A DNA stretch of 64,000 nt from Balanoglossus misakiensis (taxonomy: Eukaryota; Animalia; Hemichordata), in assembly GCA_040954595.2 (NCBI GenBank), contig CM082590.2, positions 868,001 through 932,000 of the forward strand, read 5' to 3'. This document shows, piece by piece, positions 56,083 through 64,000 of the stretch. Under the pieces are notes generated by a model that searched no databases, was not told the origin of the DNA, and saw only the letters and a program-made list of their open reading frames with translations. Each line of letters begins with the position of its first letter. The stretch's first letter is position 1. The position numbers and the translations under genes are program-made.

Positions 56083-59000
56083 ATGAAAAGTCAAGCAATA
56101 GATTACATGAAAACAGAAGTCACAATGAACACTGATGATGTAGCGAATGCTAATGCTGAGACAGAAGACAACAATGAGAATGAAGATGCACATGAAGTGA
56201 TTGAAAACATTGCTAGTGCCCCAAACCCTGCAACAGACAATACTGGACATGATGATGATGTGATTGTACAACATGCTGAACTGCCCGCTAAGCCCCACCT
56301 GTCTTGCAGTTTTAAAATGGAAAAGCCAAAACTTCCGAAGTTTACAGGTGATGTCCGTGAATATTTCACATTCCGAGCTGATTTCAAGCACATGGTTGAC
56401 AAGAGATATAGTAAACGTGATGCTGTTGCACTGCTGCGCACCTGTTTGCAAGGTAAACCACTTGACCTGATCAAAGGCTTAGGCACAGATTATGATGCTG
56501 CATGGGAATACCTAGACTCAATTTACGGGGATCCACGGTTTGTAGCAGACATTATTATGCAAGATATTGTGAAGTTCAAGATGTTACGAGATGATGAAGA
56601 CGGTCGCTTTTGTGAATTAGTACACCTGGTGAGACGCAGTTACAATGTTTTGAGAGAAGTAGGCAGACCACATGATATGGACAACAATCACGTTCTGGCA
56701 ATGATAGAAAAGAAAATGAGTGCTGATGACCGGAAAGTTTGGTGTCGTTTACTAGAGACTGAAAACCAGCCTGCATCAATGGAAGCGCTTATGGAGTGGA
56801 TGACACAAGAAATGAAATCCCGCATGAGAGCAACTGCCCCATTACGTAATCCAGCGCAAAATACACGTATGACAGCAGTCAACTACATATCAGAGACCAA
56901 AGCTGCAACGCATTACAAGTGTTGGATATGCCAGTCATCCGATCACTGGGTAGATCAGTGTAGAAAGTTGATGTCTATGCCCCCGGATGAACGATTGAAG
57001 ATGATAAAAGATGGTCATGCATGTTTCAGCTGTCTGAAGAAAGCCGGTAAGAACCACACTGCAAAAACCTGTACTAGACGCCGTCAATGTCAAGAAATGA
57101 ACAACGGTATGCGATGTAACCTGTTCCACCATCCCCTGCTACACACTGGTAGAAAACCTGTCACAGCAGCTAGGTCAGACAACAACACTGTTGGCGTGGC
57201 AACCATATGCAGCAAAGAGACCCTACTGCCAGTCGTCTTAGTAAATGTGATTGGTAACCAAAGTAGACAGCAGACCGCCAATGTACTGTTAGATTCTGGT
57301 GCACAGATCAGTCTGATCAAGACATCACTAGCAGAAAGTCTGCAGCTCAGAGGTAAAAATGTGAATACTACTATTACGAAGGTAGGAGGTGAAGAGGAAG
57401 AGCTCTGCACAAAGATGTATGCCGTCCCTGTCCGCCCCATTAACAAGAAGCAGACTTTCACTGTCAAAGCAGTTGGCATCCCCTCAATCAGTGGAGACAT
57501 AACGGAAGTGAATGTTGTTGAACTGTCACAGCAACTGAACATCAAGCCATATGAACTCCACCGAGGAAGTGGATCAGTCGACCTGTTGATTGGCATCGAT
57601 CATGCTAAGATGCATGCTGGAAAAACTGTAGAAACTGATAACCTGATAGCCCGTCAGTCACCACTGGGTTGGGTGATATTTGGCGCACAAACTGGAACGC
57701 AGTCTAGAAACTGTCAAGTACTGCATGTCAAGTTCTCAGCACCTGTTGACTTGACTGATTTCTGGATGACTGAAGCCATGGGAGTAGCGGTGAAGCCATG
57801 TACATGTAAACCGCATAACCTGAGTCCTGCAGAAGCAGAAGAAGCAAGAATTATTGATGAATCCTGTATGAAAGTTGGAAACCAGTGGCTTATACCGTAT
57901 CCTTGGAAGAAGAATCCGAGTCTGCTACCTGATAACAGAATCCAAGCTGAGAAGAAACTGTATGCAACTGAGAGACGTCTGATGAGAAACCCTGATCACG
58001 CAGAAGCCTATGACAGTCAGATCAAAGAAATGGTAGACATGCAGTTTGCCCGGAAATTATCAGATGAAGAATCAGAGAACCGCACTGGTCCTGTTCACTA
58101 TATTGCGCATCATGAAGTCCTGAAACGAGAAAGTAAAAGTACGCCGATCCGTATTGTTTTCAACTCGTCAGCTGTATATGAAGGACATTGTTTGAATGAC
58201 TACTGGATGAAAGGTCCAGATCTGCTCAACAATCTGTTCGGAGTCATGCTGAGATTCCGTGAAAATGAAACCGCAGTTATTGGTGACATATCGAAGATGT
58301 ACCACAGAATCCTGATACCAGAAACTGATCAGCATGTACACAGATTTCTATGGAGAAATTTGGATGTCAGTAAGAAACCTGAAACCTATGTGAAAACTGT
58401 TCTCACGTTTGGAGATAAACCTGCACCCGCCATGGCTCAGACAGCCCTGATACGTACAGCGGAGGAAGGACAGAAGAAGTATCCTGAAGCCGCACGTATA
58501 CTGAAAGAAAACACATACATGGATGATATTTGTGATTCTGTCCATGCTGTAGATGAAGCCCAGAAACTGACAAAGCAGATAGATGAAGTCCTGGCTGAAG
58601 GTGGATTCAAAGTGAAAGGATGGATGTCAAACATGCCCCTGAATGAAGAGCCACCCGATGCAGATGAACCGAAACTGAAGACTCTCCCAAATGTAACAGA
58701 AGAAAAAGTACTAGGAACAGTATGGGAGCCCAGAGAAGATGTTCTCAGCTTCAAAGTTAGCCCAAACTTTGACAGATATGTAAACCCAGAAGAACCTGAT
58801 GATCTGAAGCTGACAAAGAGAAGAATTCTGAGTGAAGTTGCACGTATTTTCGACCCTATTGGCTTTGCCACAGCTTTCCTGATTCGGGCAAAGATAGGTA
58901 TGCAACAGTTATGGCAACAAGGTTTTGACTGGGATGAGGAGTTACCAGAGCAATTACAGTACCAATGGATGAAGCTGTTCAGAGAGATGAATGAGCTAAA

Positions 59001-61116
59001 CAATGCAAGCTTCAACAGATGTCTTACACCGCCCGATGTCGCTGGAGATCCGATACTCTGTATATTTTCTGATGCCTCTGATGAAGCTTTTGGTGCCTGT
59101 GCGTATTTGAGATGGCAACTGATTGATGGTACATATGATGTGAGATTCATAGCAGCCAAATCACGTGTCGCACCGCTGAAGAAACTGACAACGCCGAGAC
59201 TGGAACTACAAGCAGCAGTCGTAGCCAGTCGTCTGTACAAGACAATCACTGAAGAAACCAGATTCCAGATCCTGAAACCGATATTCATGACTGATAGTAG
59301 AATAGTGTTAGCCTGGATTCAGAGCCTGTCCAGAAGATTCAAGCCGTTTGTATCGAACCGAGCTGGAGAAATTCAGAGTAATACAAATCCGTCTGACTGG
59401 AGACACATACCCGGAGAATTCAATGTAGCAGATGATGTATCCCGTGGTATATCTGTTCAGCAGTTGACCAAACGCTGGCAACATGACCCACAGTTCCTGT
59501 ATTTACCAGAGTCCGAATGGCCACGAGATGACTCTTGTACCGACCAGACTGAGATAGATAAGGAAGAGCGTAAAGTACAGCAGATCCTTGTCACGCAGGA
59601 GAAACCTGAGATTATTGACTGTAGCAGATTCTCATCATGGGTGAGACTGATCAGAGTAACCGCATATGTCCAGAGATTCATTCAGAATCTACAAGCCAAG
59701 AAAAACGCAGCAACGATGAAGAATGGTCCCCTGTCACCTGAAGAACATGACGACGCAGAAACATACTGGATAATCAGAGCACAGAGAAGTCTGCATGAAC
59801 GCGTCACAGCTGGAGATTTCAAGACACTGAGTCCGTTCACAGATGAAAAGGGAAGACTGAGAGTTGGAGGACGAGTAAATGCCTCATTCATGTCATATGA
59901 GTCAAGGCATCCAGTTCTGTTACCAAACCAACATCCTGTATCACTGTTGATTATGCAATACATGCATCAGATTGGACACACAGGAGTTGCAGTCACAGTA
60001 GCTAAAGCCAGAAGAAAGTACTGGATCCTGAAAGCTCAAAACCTGGCCAAGAAGATAAAGTTCAGATGTGTATACTGCAGAAAGAGAGACAGCAAAACTG
60101 AGACGCAGATCATGGGAAATCTACCGATGCAGAGATTAGCCCCATACACACCACCGTTTCACTACACCGCTTGTGATTACTTTGGACCGTACCAAGTGAA
60201 AATCAGCCGCAACAAGACAACCAAGCATTATGGAGTAATATTTACCTGTCTGAATACCAGAGCCGTTCACTTAGAACTAGCTGTCGATTACTCAACGATG
60301 GAGTTTATGCAAGTACTACGTAGATTTTTCGCAGTACGAGGATACCCAGCAATGATGATCAGCGATAATGGAAGTCAATTGGTAGGAGCCGAACAAGAGC
60401 TCAGACGAATGGTACAAGGTTGGGATGATGAGAAACTAGAAGATTTCTGTGCAAGTAAAGGTATGAGATGGAAGTTTACTACACCTGCAGCCCCACACCA
60501 GAACGGTTGTGCAGAATCACTGGTAAAGACATGCAAAGCAGCCTTGAAGCAATCGATTGGAGAGCAAGTCCTGACACCGTTGGAGTTGTACACAGTACTA
60601 CTGGAAGTAGCAAACCTAGTTAACCAGAGACCGATAGGAAGAATTCCTACAGATCCTGATGATGGAGCATATTTATGTCCGAATGACATGCTATTGGGAA
60701 GAGCAACCGCAGCGATTCCACAAGGACCGTTCCGAGAAACAAAGAACCCCAGACACAGAGTGGAATTTGTACAGAAGATTATTGATTCATTCTGGAAGAG
60801 ATGGAGCAGAGATGTATTGCCGCATTTAGTACCGCGCAGAAAATGGAAGATAGAAAGACGCAATGTTCAAGTTGATGACATCGTCACCGTAGCCGATTCT
60901 AACGCGATCCGAGGTAAATGGTATGTTGGTCGTATTCTTGAAGTTTACCCTGGACCCGATGGAAAAGTACGTAATGTGAAGGTGAAGACTGCCACAGGAG
61001 TCTACAAGAGACCAGTTACGAAGATAGCAGTTATATACCCAGCAGAAGGTTATGAGGATGAGACAGATGCCTCATCGGGGGGGGAGCGAAATGGTCCGTT
61101 GAGAAATAGTTTATAG
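56083..61116 (+). CDS. BEL/Pao Gag-Pol polyprotein (gag zinc knuckles, aspartic protease, RT, RNase H, integrase)
   Basis: KLPKFTGD gag motif; CWICQSSDHWVDQC, CFSCL...H...C and C...HHPLLH knuckles; LLDSGA protease; GDISKMY and YMDD in RT; FSDAS, PRLELQAA and NVADDVSRG in RNase H; HHCC plus CDYFGP, SDNGSQL and NGCAESL in integrase; FWKRW...RPVTKI C-terminus. The stop codon lies 25 nt inside the 3' LTR. Confidence 0.96.
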   Translation: MKSQAIDYMKTEVTMNTDDVANANAETEDNNENEDAHEVIENIASAPNPATDNTGHDDDVIVQHAELPAKPHLSCSFKMEKPKLPKFTGDVREYFTFRADFKHMVDKRYSKRDAVALLRTCLQGKPLDLIKGLGTDYDAAWEYLDSIYGDPRFVADIIMQDIVKFKMLRDDEDGRFCELVHLVRRSYNVLREVGRPHDMDNNHVLAMIEKKMSADDRKVWCRLLETENQPASMEALMEWMTQEMKSRMRATAPLRNPAQNTRMTAVNYISETKAATHYKCWICQSSDHWVDQCRKLMSMPPDERLKMIKDGHACFSCLKKAGKNHTAKTCTRRRQCQEMNNGMRCNLFHHPLLHTGRKPVTAARSDNNTVGVATICSKETLLPVVLVNVIGNQSRQQTANVLLDSGAQISLIKTSLAESLQLRGKNVNTTITKVGGEEEELCTKMYAVPVRPINKKQTFTVKAVGIPSISGDITEVNVVELSQQLNIKPYELHRGSGSVDLLIGIDHAKMHAGKTVETDNLIARQSPLGWVIFGAQTGTQSRNCQVLHVKFSAPVDLTDFWMTEAMGVAVKPCTCKPHNLSPAEAEEARIIDESCMKVGNQWLIPYPWKKNPSLLPDNRIQAEKKLYATERRLMRNPDHAEAYDSQIKEMVDMQFARKLSDEESENRTGPVHYIAHHEVLKRESKSTPIRIVFNSSAVYEGHCLNDYWMKGPDLLNNLFGVMLRFRENETAVIGDISKMYHRILIPETDQHVHRFLWRNLDVSKKPETYVKTVLTFGDKPAPAMAQTALIRTAEEGQKKYPEAARILKENTYMDDICDSVHAVDEAQKLTKQIDEVLAEGGFKVKGWMSNMPLNEEPPDADEPKLKTLPNVTEEKVLGTVWEPREDVLSFKVSPNFDRYVNPEEPDDLKLTKRRILSEVARIFDPIGFATAFLIRAKIGMQQLWQQGFDWDEELPEQLQYQWMKLFREMNELNNASFNRCLTPPDVAGDPILCIFSDASDEAFGACAYLRWQLIDGTYDVRFIAAKSRVAPLKKLTTPRLELQAAVVASRLYKTITEETRFQILKPIFMTDSRIVLAWIQSLSRRFKPFVSNRAGEIQSNTNPSDWRHIPGEFNVADDVSRGISVQQLTKRWQHDPQFLYLPESEWPRDDSCTDQTEIDKEERKVQQILVTQEKPEIIDCSRFSSWVRLIRVTAYVQRFIQNLQAKKNAATMKNGPLSPEEHDDAETYWIIRAQRSLHERVTAGDFKTLSPFTDEKGRLRVGGRVNASFMSYESRHPVLLPNQHPVSLLIMQYMHQIGHTGVAVTVAKARRKYWILKAQNLAKKIKFRCVYCRKRDSKTETQIMGNLPMQRLAPYTPPFHYTACDYFGPYQVKISRNKTTKHYGVIFTCLNTRAVHLELAVDYSTMEFMQVLRRFFAVRGYPAMMISDNGSQLVGAEQELRRMVQGWDDEKLEDFCASKGMRWKFTTPAAPHQNGCAESLVKTCKAALKQSIGEQVLTPLELYTVLLEVANLVNQRPIGRIPTDPDDGAYLCPNDMLLGRATAAIPQGPFRETKNPRHRVEFVQKIIDSFWKRWSRDVLPHLVPRRKWKIERRNVQVDDIVTVADSNAIRGKWYVGRILEVYPGPDGKVRNVKVKTATGVYKRPVTKIAVIYPAEGYEDETDASSGGERNGPLRNSL
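61077..61091 (+). other. Polypurine tract (plus-strand primer site)
   Basis: GGGGGGGGAGCGAAA immediately upstream of the 3' LTR. Confidence 0.85.
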
Positions 61117-61823
61117 CTATTGGAAGCCCGCCCTCACATACCGGAAATGAGCACTTATATGTGACCTCTTATGAACCCTGTTTTTACCGCCATTTCTGTT
61201 TACACGTCGTGAACACTGTACGGACGCTGTTCCTGTGAAACCTGTTGGTTTACTGTTTTGTTCGCCGATTTACTGTTCTGTAGTTACAGTGGAGTCTTGC
61301 CAAAGAAGTAAGAACTCTTTGCTATTGTTTTTAGATGTTTCAGATGTTAGATCATGTTGTTTAGACTGTTCGAGAAATGCTATCAAATATATCAGACTGT
61401 CAGTTCAGTTGATTATGGCCGTTTGCACGCCTGTCATCCGTTTTTCAGTATCGAAAATATGATCGGTTTTCGTGAATTACTGATAGAGACTCTGTTGAAT
61501 CAGTGAATTTAGACTGCCCGTTTTCAGATGTTATTCAGAGCGATGGACATGAACCGGACTGTCCGTGTCAGAGGACAATTTCAGTGTTGAATGCAAACAG
61601 CTATCTGGCCGTGTCGATTTTGTGTTTAGTTACACGAACGAGGATTGATGGTCACGCTTGTGTAGAGGCATGTTTTGGATTCACTTGTACTTATTGTGAA
61701 TTGTTGTGATTGTTACGTTTTCAGATCGAATAAAGTAAAGTATCTCAGAGCGAGTTTATTTAACTTATACGGTTACCAAGACTCTGTTGCCTGTTGTTTG
61801 GTCCACATTCCCTGAGGGTCGCA
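61092..61823 (+). repeat. 3' LTR (732 bp)
   Basis: By eye it differs from the 5' LTR only at 61670 (A vs G at 55607) and 61685 (T vs C at 55622). Confidence 0.96.
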
Positions 61824-63037
61824 TGCGCATAGGCCTATCTATGTGTTCTGCGCCTCACAACAGAAATCGGTAAATAAAGGAGGCTGTTTGGAAGCAACCA
61901 TGGAAATTTTAGAACTATCCGTCGATCTACAGAGTCTAGTGGAAAACTTTCTGATGCGCATAGGCCTATCATTTGTTATGCGCATCACAACAGAATTTTG
62001 TAAACAAACGAGGCTGTTTTTAAGCAACCATGGAAATTTAAACTCTATCCGTCGATCTACAGAGTCTAATGGAAAATGTTCTGAGGCGCATAGGCCTATC
62101 ATGTGTTCTGCGTCTCAGAACAGAATTCGGTAAATAAACGAGGCTGTTTGGAAGCAACCATGGAAATTTTAGAACTATCCGTCGATCTACAGAGTCTAGT
62201 GGAAAACTTTCTTATGCGCAGAGGCCTATCTATGTGTTCGGCGCCTCACAACAGAATTCGGTAAACAAACGAGGCTGTTTGGAAGCAACCATGGAAATTT
62301 TAGAACTATCCGTCGATCTACAGAGTCTAGTGGAAAACATTCTTATGCGCATTGGCCTATCATTTGTTATGCGCATCACAACAGAATTTTGTAAACAAAC
62401 GAGGCTTTGTTTGGAAGCAACCATGGAAATTTTAGAACTATCCGTCGATCTACAGAGTCTAGTGGATAACTTTCTTATGCGCATAGGCCTATCATGTGTT
62501 ATGCGCATCACAACATAATTTTGTAAACAAACGAGGCTGTTTTTAAGCAACCATGGAAATTTTAGAACTATCCGTCGATCTACAGAGTCTAATGGAAAAT
62601 TTTCTGATGCGCATAGGCCTATCATGTGTTCTGCGTCTCAGAACAGAATTAGGTAAATAAATGAGGCTGTTTGGAAGCAACCATGGAAATTTTAGAAATA
62701 TCCGTCGATCTACAGAATCTAGTGGAAAACTTTCTTATGCGCATAGGCTTATCATGTTTTCTGCGCCTCACAACAGAATTCGGTAAACAAACGAGGCTGT
62801 TTGGAAGCAACCATGGGAATTTTAGAACTATCCGTCGATCTACAGAGTCGGAAAACATTCTTATGCGCATTGGCCTATCATGTGTTATGCGCATCACAAC
62901 AGAATTTTGTAAACAAACGAGGCTTTGTTTGGAAGCAACCATGGAAATTTTAGAACTATCCGTCGATCTACAGAGTCTAGTGGATAACTTTCTTATGCGC
63001 ATAGGCCTATCATGTGTTATGCGCATCACAACAGAAT
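61824..63037. repeat. Satellite array, last about 9 monomers in the window
   Basis: Same monomer with more private variants (e.g. deletion GAGTCGGAAAAC near 62850). Ends abruptly at ...CACAACAGAAT. Confidence 0.97.
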
Positions 63038-64000
63038 AATGTTGACAAATACCTTTGTAAAACTCATACAGTTGATTTGATAGAACCTGATATTGAGACT
63101 GATCTTGACAAGCAAATCCCTATTGAATCACTAGCCCATACCGTCGGTGATACCACTGAATTTGCATGTGAGAGTAGCGCTCATGGTTCATCTGACGATA
63201 TGATCAGTGATGACCACGATGTCTTTGTTAGTGATATGTTTACTGTGGAAAATGTTCCAAATATGGGGCCTCCCAACCCAACCCTTGTTGATCACAGTGT
63301 TCCAGGCACTTATCCACTGGGCAATGATATGCAGTATTCTGAGTTATCAGATACTCCCGTGGGCGGGGATATCTGTCCCCCGTCGTCATGGCCACCAGCG
63401 TCACCCCTTGATTTAACAGAAGTTATAACCGTTCATGACATAGTTGTTGAATCAGGTTTACCAAATTCTCAATTTTGCAGAATACCCGTTCCATCAAACC
63501 TTCAAATCCCAATTTGGCGAGCCGAATTGCAGCAATATGATGACAAAATCATCTGCGATTACCTACAATATGGTTGGCCCGTCTACTATACAGCCTCAGA
63601 ATTGCCATACTCTACAGTGAAAAACCACCCATCAGCTATAAATTACTCGGCGCACGTCGACAACTGGATCATTAACGAAGTCGCAGCCGGGGCTACAGCG
63701 GGTCCGTTCTTAACTAACCCCCTTGCCACACCACTCAGTACTTCCCCCATTCAGAATGTCGAAAAAAAGATAGTGTTAATCGGCGTATAGTCTTTGATCT
63801 TAGTTCCCCAATCCACCATTCAGTAAATGACGGTATCCCCAAAGGGGAATATCTTGGGGAGAGTTTTCAGCTTCAATATCCTTCCATTGATGATTTCACT
63901 GCAATGATGACCCGTAAGGGCAGGGGATGCCTCCTATTTAAGCGCGATTTAAGCAGAGCTTATCGGCAAATACCAGTCGATCCAGCGGACTACCATTTGC
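63038..64000 (+). mobile_element. 5'-truncated DIRS-order (Ngaro-like) retrotransposon, reverse-transcriptase region with one frameshift; runs off the window
   Basis: GLPN...RIPVPSNL...W...YLQYGWP...NHPSA...E...G...GPF...SP, then in the -1 frame from 63769: DSVNRRIVFDLSSP...SVNDGI...YPSIDD...GRGCLLFKRDLSRAYRQIPVDPADYHL. These motifs are typical of the N-terminal part of DIRS/Ngaro RTs. The tyrosine recombinase and terminal repeats are not visible here. Confidence 0.8.

Larger units (their letters stand above)
55029..61823 (+). mobile_element. Full-length BEL/Pao LTR retrotransposon (6795 bp) with 5-bp TSD TGCGC
   Basis: Two 732-bp TG...CA direct repeats. TGCGC at 55024-55028 and 61824-61828. 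The polyprotein has gag-PR-RT-RH-IN order with Pao-type motifs. Confidence 0.96.

Noticed and set aside
55984-60863. Antisense ORFs up to 283 aa within the retrotransposon
   Set aside because: Shadow frames of the long gag-pol ORF with no independent evidence.

Overview
Eukaryotic (probably metazoan; inferred from the element content) heterochromatin-type window with no host genes. About 47 kb is one head-to-tail satellite with 130-132 bp monomers (about 360 copies, all in one orientation; 1-36951, 45940-55028, 61824-63037). It shows local higher-order duplications and a subtype switch near 21.2 kb. Three mobile-element blocks interrupt or border it. (1) 36952-45939 looks like a 1.2-1.7 kb tandem repeat followed by six hairpin repeats. 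It resolves exactly into six non-autonomous Helentron/HINE (DINE-1-like) elements nested one inside another, each inserted without target duplication into the same 5-A run about 52-54 bp from the hairpin end of the previous copy. A-run arithmetic, loop variants and subterminal-repeat variants all fit a last-in-first-out order. This is the most interesting feature. (2) 55029-61823 is a young full-length BEL/Pao LTR retrotransposon with 732-bp LTRs (2 differences seen), a TGCGC target duplication, a frameshift in the gag 5' end and no canonical tRNA primer-binding site. (3) 63038-64000 is a 5'-truncated DIRS/Ngaro-like reverse-transcriptase region fused directly to the satellite. The hundreds of short ORFs in the satellite are translation artefacts. 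All calls are by eye; no database searches or alignments were run.
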